Shown here one piece after another: positions 18,846 through 28,347 of a stretch of DNA of 64,000 nt (position 1 is the first letter of the stretch; each line of letters starts with the position of its first letter). The stretch comes from Chthonomonadales bacterium. Its GTDB lineage: Bacteria; Armatimonadota; Chthonomonadetes; Chthonomonadales; CAJBBX01. The DNA is taken from contig JBBIPC010000001.1 of the NCBI GenBank assembly GCA_037443035.1, positions 64,001 through 128,000 of the forward strand, written 5' to 3'. Position numbers and translations under genes: made by a program. The notes below the pieces were generated by a model, which was not told the DNA's origin, did not search any database, and saw only the letters and a program-made list of their open reading frames with translations.

Positions 18846-20521
18846 TGGAGCATCCTCGCAGCGAGAAAGACACACTGCACGAGCACGATCTTGGCGATGA
18901 TGGCGACTGGATAGATGCTAGAGAAGGCGAGCGGAGCCGCATCAGAGACTGCTAGCTCGGTCGCGGCATTGAGGGCGGGTGGGTTGGTCATGGCTCCGCT
19001 GAAAGTACCTGCAACAGCCAGGGCATTCCATCGAAAGAGGAAGTGCGCGAGCATCACAGCGGTGATGCTTGCTACGATGGTGACGCATGCGCCCACGAAC
19101 AGCGTCTGCAGTCCGGCGACATGGAGCACGGCCGCGAACCGCACTCCTGCTTCGATTCCTGCTCCTGCGAGGAATACGACGAGTCCAAGCTCGCGAGCGA
19201 AGAGTATCGCAGCCTGAGGCACGTAGACCCTGAAGGGGCCAACGCGCCGTGCGTGGCCAAGGAGGAGGCCGACAAGGAACGCTCCGCCACCAAGGCCGAG
19301 CTTGCCATGAACCCCACCAAAGAGCGGCAACGGAACCATTCCTAGCAATGCCCCCAAGCAGATACCAGCCGCGAAGGACAGCAGACTGGTCTCGGAGAGC
19401 CGACGTTCCTCCGCGCCCACGTACTCAGCGAAACGCTTCACCACCTCCTGATGCCCGACCACGCGCAGCGCATCGGCAGGCTCCAGTACCAGAGAACGCT
19501 CAGGAACGAGCTCAATGCCTTGTCGGCGGACGCGCGTGACGATCACGTCCGAAAAGTCGCCGGCCAATAAGTCTCCGAGTTGGCGTCCTACGGCGTGTTG
19601 AGCAGATACAACCAGCGTCTCGCTAGCGACACGACCTCCCATGTCGTACATGGAGACATCGTCTGCGGGGTCTCCGAGAATCGCGGTTAGCTTCTCCAAC
19701 TCCTCCTCAGGGCCCACAGCCATGACAACGTCGTGAAGGGCTAGCTCCATATCCGGAGATGCGGCGTAGACAACTCCATCGCGTTTGATCCGTGAGATTG
19801 TCGCGCGGCTGAGGCCGCTTGCGTGGAAATCGGCTACCGTCCGGCCGGTCACGTTTGGATTGGTGATGCGGAACTGCCGGCGGTGGAGCGGTGGCTGAAG
19901 CAGTCGGGCCTCCTGGGCCGCGGCCTCAGCAGCTTCAGACGGTGGCTGGCGAAGCAAGGACGGAAGCAGTTGTACGAGTACCACGACGAAGATAGCACTG
20001 AATGGATACGCCAGGCCATGTCCAACGGAGACCTCGGCCGCTGTTGTCTTGTCCAAACGCTGTGCTATGTCCCGGCCCGAGGCGAGTGCAGGCGTGTTCG
20101 TCAGCGCGCCGGTGAAAAGCCCAGCCGTAATGCTGGGGCTAAGGTGTAGCAAGTGGCCGAGGAGCACGGCCGTTAGCGCCGCGGAGCCAATGGACCCCAG
20201 ACCAATCGTAAGGTAGGCCTTGACGCGTCCACGAAACATGGTGACGAACCGCGGGCCGGCTTGCAGACCTACGGCATAGACAAAGAGCACCAAGCCGAGG
20301 TCCGTGACGGAACTCGGTACCGAGATTGCATGCGAGTTCTCGGGAGACAAACTGCGCGGTAGCACGCTCCGAAGATGTCCGGCCAGCAACGCAGTGAACA
20401 GGACGCCTGCAGATCCCAGACTGATGCCACGCAGTCTGAAGCTGCCCACCCACAGTCCGAGTGCGATGACGGCGAAGAGGGTCACGAAGGGATTGTTGAG
20501 GAGATCGGCGACGGTGAGCAT
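18842..20521 (-). CDS. AspT/YidE/YbjL family antiporter with two TrkA_C domains
   Basis: Duplicated TM blocks (LGLVLFVYAVGLQAGP; GALTNTPAL / GAMTNPPAL) flanking two RCK_C-like soluble domains; start uncertain (20521 or 20575). Confidence 0.9.
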   Translation of the reverse strand: MLTVADLLNNPFVTLFAVIALGLWVGSFRLRGISLGSAGVLFTALLAGHLRSVLPRSLSPENSHAISVPSSVTDLGLVLFVYAVGLQAGPRFVTMFRGRVKAYLTIGLGSIGSAALTAVLLGHLLHLSPSITAGLFTGALTNTPALASGRDIAQRLDKTTAAEVSVGHGLAYPFSAIFVVVLVQLLPSLLRQPPSEAAEAAAQEARLLQPPLHRRQFRITNPNVTGRTVADFHASGLSRATISRIKRDGVVYAASPDMELALHDVVMAVGPEEELEKLTAILGDPADDVSMYDMGGRVASETLVVSAQHAVGRQLGDLLAGDFSDVIVTRVRRQGIELVPERSLVLEPADALRVVGHQEVVKRFAEYVGAEERRLSETSLLSFAAGICLGALLGMVPLPLFGGVHGKLGLGGGAFLVGLLLGHARRVGPFRVYVPQAAILFARELGLVVFLAGAGIEAGVRFAAVLHVAGLQTLFVGACVTIVASITAVMLAHFLFRWNALAVAGTFSGAMTNPPALNAATELAVSDAAPLAFSSIYPVAIIAKIVLVQCVFLAARMLQ

Positions 20522-20644
20522 GGGCGGTCTGGTGTGACTCCCACTAGAATAGCATAGGACGACGTGCCGCAGCACTCGACGGGGGGCGAGGCGGTTCGTG
20601 TTGGGTAGCTGACCAGCGCCGAGGACCGAGTCTGTTGCCCGGAC

Positions 20645-22078
20645 CTATTCGCCGGTCTTCACAGCGTAGATGTCTGCATCGTGCAGTATCGCCCGGATAC
20701 GAAGCGGTTGTGGGCCTGCGTCACCCAGCGACCGGCCGCGCCAACGGACGCGGGCGCAGAACTCATCGCCGAACAAAGGCTGCAAGTCAGCGGCCGAGAA
20801 CCCTGGGATGGGATTGCCGTGCGCAGTGAGAAGCTCAACCACCACGGAGCCCGCGGCAGATGTCGCGTAATTGAGGTAGAGGTCCTTACCACGGAACTTG
20901 AGTGGCTTCGTCGTGACGCGTCCGCCTCCGGCTCCGGCATGGATGCTGGCGAACCGATTGCGCGGTATGGAAAGGCGCCGCAATCGGTTGTCGGGCCAGG
21001 AGTAGTGCTCGCTGACGTACATGGAGTACTCATCATCGCCAACAATGATGCCCCAGGCGGGCATGTTGCTGCGCTGGGTCCAGTTCCTCTGATCCGGTCC
21101 TGGTCGTAGCCACGCCTCGAGGAATGTCCTATCCCAGTTGAGGCCATCGCGACTGGTCATGAAAACGGCATCCGAGACGCCAGGTTCGGTGTATCCCTCT
21201 AGCTTCGTCCGGTCAGGGATGAACCTCTTGGGAAACGAGAGCAGGACGTGCGGTGCTTCCGGGTGTGGTGTGGTCGCGTTCGTATAGAAGTGCTCCATGG
21301 GAATGCCTGCCCCGTAAACGTTCGGAACGGGTTCTGACCAGTGCAGGAAGTCGGCTGAAGTCGCGCTCTGTATCGCCCGGATGCCGCTGTATTCAGTTCC
21401 TGTCCACGTCCGAGAGTAACAGCGGTAGACCCCTACCGCTGAGTCCCAGAAGGCAACGTTCAGCGAGTCGAATTCGCCTTTGGTCAGTACCGGTTGCTCT
21501 TGCAGCTTGTGCCAACGTAGTCCGTCGGGCGAGGCGAATGCGTAGAGCTTGCTGCTGACACCAGCGACTGCTTTGTATCGCTCCTCTGGCCTGCAATGGG
21601 GGTTCCCGTCAAGGAACGGAGCAAAGTTGTGGGCTTCGACACCGCGATAGACGATGTTGTTCTCGGTAGAACCGTCGAACTCGTAGAGGCGCAAGTTCGG
21701 TCGCTCGAAGTGAATCCCATCCTGGCTTTCAGCCATACATGTAACCTGCTGTTCTGCGAGATCAGATGGACAGTAGCCGCGGTAATACAGCCTGACAGTC
21801 TGGCCATCTCGAAGCACCGTGAAGTAGGCGCTGTGGGGACCCTCCCACGGCTTGTCCAACGTGAGGACGATCTGTCGGCGCACTGGCTGCGTCAAGCGCA
21901 TTTCGACTGCATCGAGGCTGTCGATGAGAAAGCCATCGACGAATGGTTCCCAGCGATCTTCTATGCTCACGGCAGCACCTTCTAGGGGTCCGGCATCCGA
22001 AGCGAGATGGGGTTGGTACGACCACCCTGCCAGACTCGCGATAGCCGCAGCCAGGACGAGGGAGCGGATCATGGGCAC
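20645..22078 (-). CDS. Secreted putative glycoside hydrolase, beta-propeller type (GH32/43/130-like)
   Basis: Signal peptide; repeated AESQDGIHF, FASPDGLRW, ATSADFLHW, TSRDGLNW; C-terminal beta-sandwich-like region. Confidence 0.6.
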   Translation of the reverse strand: MPMIRSLVLAAAIASLAGWSYQPHLASDAGPLEGAAVSIEDRWEPFVDGFLIDSLDAVEMRLTQPVRRQIVLTLDKPWEGPHSAYFTVLRDGQTVRLYYRGYCPSDLAEQQVTCMAESQDGIHFERPNLRLYEFDGSTENNIVYRGVEAHNFAPFLDGNPHCRPEERYKAVAGVSSKLYAFASPDGLRWHKLQEQPVLTKGEFDSLNVAFWDSAVGVYRCYSRTWTGTEYSGIRAIQSATSADFLHWSEPVPNVYGAGIPMEHFYTNATTPHPEAPHVLLSFPKRFIPDRTKLEGYTEPGVSDAVFMTSRDGLNWDRTFLEAWLRPGPDQRNWTQRSNMPAWGIIVGDDEYSMYVSEHYSWPDNRLRRLSIPRNRFASIHAGAGGGRVTTKPLKFRGKDLYLNYATSAAGSVVVELLTAHGNPIPGFSAADLQPLFGDEFCARVRWRGRSLGDAGPQPLRIRAILHDADIYAVKTGE

Positions 22079-22081
22079 ACT

Positions 22082-23326
22082 CTACCTCCCGCGCGCCTGG
22101 AGAGGCGTGCTGTGGGCAAGCAGCCACTCTTCTGTGAAGGCGACGTGTTTGATGCTCTTCCCCTGGCCACCGAGTCTTGCGCGGTCGGCGGCATTGGGCG
22201 AGTAGCTGTAGGTCACATGGATACGTCCGTCGCGAGTCTGAATGATGGATGGATACGCGTAGGAGCCGGCGTCTGGACCGGGTTCATCGTGCTGCAAGTG
22301 GCACTTCCGGCTCCAGGTTCTGCCTTCATCCTCACTGATGGATATGGCTAGGCTATGCCGACCTTCTTCTGTATCATTGTTGATCAACAACCAGCGACCC
22401 GAGTGCAATACCAGTACATCCACGCCAGCCCCTGGATCTGGCAATTGCGTGTCTCGGGGCGTACTCCACGTACTGCCTCTATCCTTCGACTCGCTGACCA
22501 TTACGCGCTGCGGGGGCGGACCGTTATCCCGGAAGTAGGCAACGAGCGTTCCATCCTTGCACTGGGCAATGGTCGGCTGCACGTTACCGGCTCCGATGAT
22601 CGGCTCACTGACCTTCCAGCTCGTGCCGTCGTCGTCGCTGTAGGCCATCAGCGAGAAGTCGAAGAGATCGGAGTAGAGAGGCAGGATCAGCCGATTCTCA
22701 GACAGCAGCACGGGATGTGGGCGCGGCATCCAACCTAGGCGCATGCGCAGCTTGTCGCCTGCGGCTTTGACCCGGTCGGATAAGTAGTCCTCCAACCGTG
22801 ATCTCTCCTCGGGGGGCACGACGTCCGCCACTTGCCTCCACGTTCTTTCGAAGTCCGCTTCGACCCTCTGGGTGAACTCGGGCCCCGGTTTCAGGAGAAC
22901 GACGCCTCCGTCTGTCCAATGCGGCGACCCGGCCTGACGTTCGTAGTCGGTACTGACTTTGTAGAGGAGCAGTGCACTGTCCCACTTGTTGTCGAGGATC
23001 ACAGGCCAGAAAAGCCAGAGCCGCTTCCGAGCATCTACCACCATGCACGGATTGCAGTCCGGAAAGCCAGGCGTGTCTGCCAGAACGAACTCTGGCGTCC
23101 AGGCGTCACGGCCGCGTCGCAATCGAGAGCCCATGATGGCGACGTCATCGGCCGTACGCTCCCCAGAGCCGCGGTACCAGCACACGAGCAGGTCGCCGTT
23201 GGGACATTCGACAACGCAACTCGCGTGATTGTGCAAGGGGTGCAGCGGAAAGACGAGCCTTTCTGAGTAGGGTGCATTGGCAGACGTTGTATTACCAAGA
23301 GTAGCCAGGAGCAAGAGTGCCGCCAT
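22082..23326 (-). CDS. BNR/Asp-box exo-alpha-sialidase-like protein
   Basis: HASCVVE.PNGDLL..W; Asp-boxes SDDDGTSW, SKDRGSTW, SEDEGRTW; YAYPSIIQ; start inferred after GGGAGGT. Confidence 0.8.
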   Translation of the reverse strand: MAALLLLATLGNTTSANAPYSERLVFPLHPLHNHASCVVECPNGDLLVCWYRGSGERTADDVAIMGSRLRRGRDAWTPEFVLADTPGFPDCNPCMVVDARKRLWLFWPVILDNKWDSALLLYKVSTDYERQAGSPHWTDGGVVLLKPGPEFTQRVEADFERTWRQVADVVPPEERSRLEDYLSDRVKAAGDKLRMRLGWMPRPHPVLLSENRLILPLYSDLFDFSLMAYSDDDGTSWKVSEPIIGAGNVQPTIAQCKDGTLVAYFRDNGPPPQRVMVSESKDRGSTWSTPRDTQLPDPGAGVDVLVLHSGRWLLINNDTEEGRHSLAISISEDEGRTWSRKCHLQHDEPGPDAGSYAYPSIIQTRDGRIHVTYSYSPNAADRARLGGQGKSIKHVAFTEEWLLAHSTPLQARGR

Positions 23327-23538
23327 GTCATGTACCTCCCGTGGAGTTCTGCCGCCGTTTTTGGGGCGGTCACTACAAGATCTCCTATTCGTGAGGCGGC
23401 CGGGGGTGACCTGCCGCAGAACCGTGTCCCAGCTGAGCTTGGTGTCGCACACAGACTGAAGGAGAATCATCGCTACAAGCCGTATCTAGCTACATCGAGC
23501 GTGCCGTGATGCGCTAACCACTCAAGGAGAATGCAGCA

Positions 23539-24201
23539 ATGGCAGTACCGGAAGGTTCCTACCCAGCACCGCCTCCCACTGTGCGGTTCGATGTTATCAG
23601 TCAAGCGTTTCAATTGCTCCAGCAGCAGATGGGCCAGTGGGTCTTGCTGATCCTCGTGTACCTAGTTGCGGCAGGACTTGCGATCTTAGTGCTCAGCTTC
23701 ATACCGCTGGTAGGTTCGCTACTTGGCGGTGTCCCAGCGATGATCCTCGTCGGCGGTGCATACAAGGCGGCACTGAAGCAGATGCGCGGTGGCACCGTTG
23801 CGGTGTCGGACCTGTTCGACGTTGGAGACGTGGTGGGACAACTGATTGTTGTCGGGATTCTCGTCGGCCTTGGCACGTCCATCGCTGCCCTGTTCTGTGT
23901 GTTGCCTGCGTTCGTCGTCGGCGGGCTATGGATGTTCGCCGTTCCTCTGGTGGTGGACCGTGGCATGGATGGCGTCGCCGCCATGAGGGAAAGCTGGAAC
24001 GCGCTTCGCCGTGAGTGGGTGATGGCGGCAGTATTCTACCTGGTGGTAGGGCTGATAGCGGCTGTTGGTGGCCTACTGTGCGGAATCGGACTGTTGTTCA
24101 CCTTACCCATAGTCATACTGGCGACGACGCTGCTCTACCGCGATTTCTTCCCTGAACACGAGGCACCAAGCGAGCCTGGTGTGCCGCCGGTGGCATTCTA
24201 A
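23539..24201 (+). CDS. Integral membrane protein (DUF975-like)
   Basis: About 6 hydrophobic segments; 'GVAAMRESWN' and 'GLLCGIGLLFTLP' patterns. Confidence 0.6.
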   Translation: MAVPEGSYPAPPPTVRFDVISQAFQLLQQQMGQWVLLILVYLVAAGLAILVLSFIPLVGSLLGGVPAMILVGGAYKAALKQMRGGTVAVSDLFDVGDVVGQLIVVGILVGLGTSIAALFCVLPAFVVGGLWMFAVPLVVDRGMDGVAAMRESWNALRREWVMAAVFYLVVGLIAAVGGLLCGIGLLFTLPIVILATTLLYRDFFPEHEAPSEPGVPPVAF

Positions 24202-24231
24202 GGCTTGGATACCGGTTCCGGCAGAGGGACA

Positions 24232-24257
24232 GGGCCGCTTCCACCCGGAAGCGGCCC
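24232..24257. terminator. Perfect hairpin between convergent genes
   Basis: GGGCCGCTTCC-accc-GGAAGCGGCCC. Confidence 0.6.
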
Positions 24258-24287
24258 ACGAGCTTGCAGGAGGTTGTGTCGCTGCAC

Positions 24288-26876
24288 TCAGGCCGCCGCT
24301 GTCTCCGCGCTCACTATCTCCCTTCCCTCATTGATGCGCATCTTGTAGAAAGAGCGGTAGACGAAGGTCAGGGCGATGGCGAAGAAAATCGCAGCCGCGA
24401 GAAGTCGAAGCTGACCCTGGCCGTTCTTAGTAAGCTGCTCGGCGAACTCCACGGCCAGCAGTCCGAAGAGCGTGGTGAACTTGATGATAGGGTTCATGGC
24501 GACCGAGGATGTGTCCTTGAATGGATCACCCACGGTGTCACCTACCACTGTCGCGGCGTGAAGCTCCGAACCCTTCTCCTTCAAGTCCACTTCCACAATC
24601 TTCTTAGCGTTGTCCCATGCACCACCTGCGTTGGCCATGAACAGCGCTTGGAACAGGCCGAAGATGGCGATGGCGATGAGGTAACCGATGAACAGGAACG
24701 AATCCGCGCACGCGAAGGCCAGGGTCCCGAAGAACACGACGAGGAAGATGTTGAACATGCCGCGCTGGGCGTATTGCGTGCAAATCTCGACTACCTTCTT
24801 GCTGTCTTCGACAGACGCTTTCTCGACACCCTCCAGCTTGATGTTCGCCTTGATGAACTCCACCGCGCGGTACGCACCTGTTGTGACTGCCTGGGCTGAA
24901 GCGCCAGTGAACCAGTAGATAACGGATCCACCCGCGATGAGGCCAAACAGGAACAAGGGGTTCAAGATGGAGAGCTTATCAACGTTCTCGGTCAGTCCTG
25001 CGGTGAGCATGACGATGATCGAGAACACCATCGTCGTTGCACCCACAACAGCCGTCCCGATCAGAACCGGCTTGGCTGTTGCCTTGAAGGTATTGCCTGC
25101 TCCGTCATTAGCTTCCAGATTGTGCTTGGCCTGCTCGAACTTGACGTCGAACCCGAAGTCCTTCTTGATCTCTTGCTCAATGCCTGGAATGCTCTCGATG
25201 ACGGAGAGCTCATAGACGGACTGGGCATTGTCGGTGACGGGGCCATAGGAGTCCACCGCGATGGTGACGGGGCCCATGCCCAGGAAGCCGAAGGCCACGA
25301 GACCGAAGGCAAAGACCGTAGCGACGTCTATGACCGGCTTGCCGTTGGCCCCCATCGGTCCAAGTGGCATGAGATCCCCGAGCCCCTGCAGGCTCATGAG
25401 ATACGCGACGCCCATCAGGAAGATGACAACCATGCCCATCCAGAACGCGCTGAAGTTCCCGGCGATGAAGCCCGACAGGATGTTGAGCGAGGCACCGCCC
25501 TCGCGGGTGGACGTCACGACTTCCTTCACGTGTCCAGACTCAGTGGACGTGAAAACCTTCACCAGCTCCGGAATAATGGCGCCGGCAAGCGTGCCACACG
25601 TGATGATGGTAGCGAGCTGCCACCACAGGTTCGGGTGGTCGCCTACGTTGGGGATCATCAGCTTCGACACGACAAAGGTCAGTATTACCGACAGAATCGA
25701 AGTGATCCACACCAGGCTGGTAAGCGGCTTCTCCGCATTGAAGTGATCAGCGTTCCCGTATTTCGCCTTGGCGACGGCATCATTGATGAAATACGCCGCA
25801 GCGCTGGTAATGACCATGACCACACGCATGACGAAGATCCAGACTAGCAGTTGGATCTGCACGGTAGGGTTCTTCACGGCTAGCAGGATGAAGGAGATAA
25901 GCGCAACGCCCGTGACGCCATAGGTCTCGAATCCGTCTGCACTGGGACCGACAGAGTCGCCCGCGTTGTCACCAGTACAGTCTGCTATCACACCAGGGTT
26001 CCGAGCGTCGTCCTCTTTGATGCGGAAGACGATTTTCATCAGGTCGGAGCCGATATCGGCGATCTTCGTGAAGATCCCTCCCGCAATCCTCAATGCTGAT
26101 GCGCCCAGGGACTCCCCGATGGCGAAGCCGATGAAACAGGCTCCAGCGAGCGCACCAGGGATGAAGAGAAGGATGCTCAGCATGATGATGAGCTCCACGG
26201 AAATCAGCATCATGCCGATGCTCATACCCGCCTGCAGTGGAACCGCGTAGCCCGAGAAGGCCTTACCATTCAAGGATGCGAAAGCTGTCCTCGAGTTGGC
26301 GAAGGTATTAACCCGCATGCCAAACCAGGCCACGACCGTACTTCCTGCGATGCCGATGAGCGAGAAGAGCAAGATGATCAGCACATGTCCTGCCTTGCCT
26401 TCGGCGAAGTACTTCTGCAGAACGCCGAAGTAGATGAGGATCACCATCGCCACGCAGACCCACAGGATCGTGATGAACTTGAGCTGAGTCTGGAGATACG
26501 TCTTGCAGGTCTCGTAGATAAGCTCGGAGATCTCCAGCATCGCCCTGTGCACCGGCATAGCCTTGAGCCGCGCCATGATCGTCAAGCCGAATGCCAGACC
26601 GAGTGCAGAAATGAGAATGCCCCACATGAGGACAGAGGCACCGGCGGCGCCGAAAAACGAAGCCGTGCTCTTGTCGGCTAGCGACGGCACCACAAGGCTG
26701 GCCTCTCCTCCTGCGTGATGCTCTTGCCCCAGCGCTACGATGGGTGCGACCACGGCAATGAGCGCGAACACACCAGCGAGAAGTAGGGAGGGGGAGAGGA
26801 TGCGGCGGAGTACCGATGGGACCTTGCGGCTGAAGATGGAACAGAATGGGGCGCTATTCGCCCCTCGTACTTGCAT
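24288..26876 (-). CDS. hppA: Membrane-bound ion-translocating pyrophosphatase (divergent, K+-independent type)
   Basis: GGIFTKIADIGSDL, EDDARNPGVIADCTGDNAGD, DSYGPVTDNA, GNTFKA, GGAWDNAKK, GDTVGDPFKDTS; SD AAGGAGG. Confidence 0.95.
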   Translation of the reverse strand: MQVRGANSAPFCSIFSRKVPSVLRRILSPSLLLAGVFALIAVVAPIVALGQEHHAGGEASLVVPSLADKSTASFFGAAGASVLMWGILISALGLAFGLTIMARLKAMPVHRAMLEISELIYETCKTYLQTQLKFITILWVCVAMVILIYFGVLQKYFAEGKAGHVLIILLFSLIGIAGSTVVAWFGMRVNTFANSRTAFASLNGKAFSGYAVPLQAGMSIGMMLISVELIIMLSILLFIPGALAGACFIGFAIGESLGASALRIAGGIFTKIADIGSDLMKIVFRIKEDDARNPGVIADCTGDNAGDSVGPSADGFETYGVTGVALISFILLAVKNPTVQIQLLVWIFVMRVVMVITSAAAYFINDAVAKAKYGNADHFNAEKPLTSLVWITSILSVILTFVVSKLMIPNVGDHPNLWWQLATIITCGTLAGAIIPELVKVFTSTESGHVKEVVTSTREGGASLNILSGFIAGNFSAFWMGMVVIFLMGVAYLMSLQGLGDLMPLGPMGANGKPVIDVATVFAFGLVAFGFLGMGPVTIAVDSYGPVTDNAQSVYELSVIESIPGIEQEIKKDFGFDVKFEQAKHNLEANDGAGNTFKATAKPVLIGTAVVGATTMVFSIIVMLTAGLTENVDKLSILNPLFLFGLIAGGSVIYWFTGASAQAVTTGAYRAVEFIKANIKLEGVEKASVEDSKKVVEICTQYAQRGMFNIFLVVFFGTLAFACADSFLFIGYLIAIAIFGLFQALFMANAGGAWDNAKKIVEVDLKEKGSELHAATVVGDTVGDPFKDTSSVAMNPIIKFTTLFGLLAVEFAEQLTKNGQGQLRLLAAAIFFAIALTFVYRSFYKMRINEGREIVSAETAAA

Positions 26877-26934
26877 GGCAGCGCACTTCCTCCTTGGGAT
26901 TGCGCCCGACTGGGAGGGGAACGGGCTTACGGAA

Positions 26935-26964
26935 AAACTACCCCAAACGTGTAGTGAGTGTCAA
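26935..26964 (-). promoter_or_regulatory. Candidate sigma70 promoter for hppA
   Basis: Minus strand TTGACA-18nt-TAGTTT. Confidence 0.5.
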
Positions 26965-27010
26965 CCACGGTTACGAGGTGCGGATGGCGATAGCACTGCA
27001 TGAACAGGCG

Positions 27011-27042
27011 TGGCGGGGACGCCATACAGAACGCCCCCGCCA
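27011..27042 (-). terminator. GC hairpin downstream of the DUF1559 gene
   Basis: TGGCGGGG...CCCCGCCA inverted repeat; weak U-tract. Confidence 0.4.
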
Positions 27043-27076
27043 GCACAGTGCCTTATTCGAGTGGCTTACACGACGA

Positions 27077-27880
27077 TTACATGGGTCGGCAGTTCGGTCC
27101 CCAGCCAGATGCAGGAATGGTCCGCCACTTCTGACCGTAGGTGACCATCTTGGCATGGCCATCGAAGAAAGTGCAGTTGTAGCCGCGGCCGTGGTTGTAG
27201 ATGGTGCGCCGATCGGTCCATGGCGTGCAGGCGTCCGTTGTGGCGTCGGCGCCGTCCCAGCCGAAGATGCCCCGCTCGGCAAAGAGGATGCGCTCGGAGA
27301 TCCAGTCGGACTTCTCGTTTGGGTTCATATCCCACACGTTCTTGAACGTGCCGTCCGGATAGCGCACGTCAATGCCGCAGCAGCCGTTGTAGATCCAGTT
27401 GGGGAACCACTGATACGACTGCAGTCCGCGACCGATGTTGTATGCGCTTGGCTGGCGGTACTTGTCGGATGGGCAGAACCAGATGTTCTTGTTCTTCTGG
27501 TACGGCCCAAGCTGGACGTGCATCAGATGGCGATAGAACTCACCGCCGTAAGCGCAGCCAGTGTAGTTGGGACCCCCGTCTCCCGGGTTCCAACCGGCCA
27601 GAATGCCGAAGCAGTCCAGCATGGGACCGGAGCCGTACGGGTCCACATCCAGATTGACTTCCCAGTTCCGCGGGCCGGGGTAGGTGCCGTTGGGGTACTC
27701 CTCGTCCCAGTCCTGGGCGTACATCTTGACGCTCAGACCGATCTGCTTGGTATTGCTCAAGCAGGAGGTCGAGCGGGCCTGCTCCCGTGCCTGTGCAAAA
27801 ACTGGGAACAGGATGGCTGCCAGGATCGCGATGATGGCGATCACGACGAGCAGCTCGATGAGGGTGAAACCTCGCTTCAT
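27077..27880 (-). CDS. Prepilin-type N-terminal cleavage/methylation protein, DUF1559 family, with H-X9-DG C-terminus
   Basis: [69 protein letters not shown]. Confidence 0.92.
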   Translation of the reverse strand: MKRGFTLIELLVVIAIIAILAAILFPVFAQAREQARSTSCLSNTKQIGLSVKMYAQDWDEEYPNGTYPGPRNWEVNLDVDPYGSGPMLDCFGILAGWNPGDGGPNYTGCAYGGEFYRHLMHVQLGPYQKNKNIWFCPSDKYRQPSAYNIGRGLQSYQWFPNWIYNGCCGIDVRYPDGTFKNVWDMNPNEKSDWISERILFAERGIFGWDGADATTDACTPWTDRRTIYNHGRGYNCTFFDGHAKMVTYGQKWRTIPASGWGPNCRPM

Positions 27881-28001
27881 TGGTGCAACTCCTCCTCTTG
27901 GTTGCTCTGCCTTGCTCACTGGAAGCGAAGGCGTGCTTGGTTCAAGTCGTGGAGCACGCCACAGACGACGTGCCCCCGGTAAGGCGTATTGGTACTCAAC
28001 A

Positions 28002-28271
28002 TCACCGTGGCCGAGGCGGCATCGGTATACCGCCAGGGCCCAGTTGAGGCCCCTGGTTCTGGGGCGTGACTGGAGCGGACTGTCCCTGCTGCTTGCCAGC
28101 CTTGGACATAATCTCACCCAGCGTCTGTCCGACGGATGGAGGCAGCGGCGGGGGTTCGTTCCCGTTACCTGCGCTGCGAGGGCTGCTTTTCATGTAATAG
28201 ACGCCGCCGATCACCGCCAAGACGATGATGATGAGTACGATGGCAACAACTGGCGAGACTTCTTGCTTCAT
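28002..28271 (-). CDS. Small single-pass membrane protein with Pro/Gly-rich tail
   Basis: [26 protein letters not shown] followed by PPPLPP...[19 protein letters not shown]. Confidence 0.75.
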   Translation of the reverse strand: MKQEVSPVVAIVLIIIVLAVIGGVYYMKSSPRSAGNGNEPPPLPPSVGQTLGEIMSKAGKQQGQSAPVTPQNQGPQLGPGGIPMPPRPR

Positions 28272-28347
28272 GAGCGTTCTCCTACAAGGATGCTGAAGCA
28301 CCCTTCGTTTCCTTGGTGGCTGCTCTCACCTCCCTTGGTCGACACGG

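Noticed and set aside
26846..27982. 378-aa plus-strand ORF
   Set aside because: Antisense shadow of the DUF1559 gene, typical of high-GC codon bias
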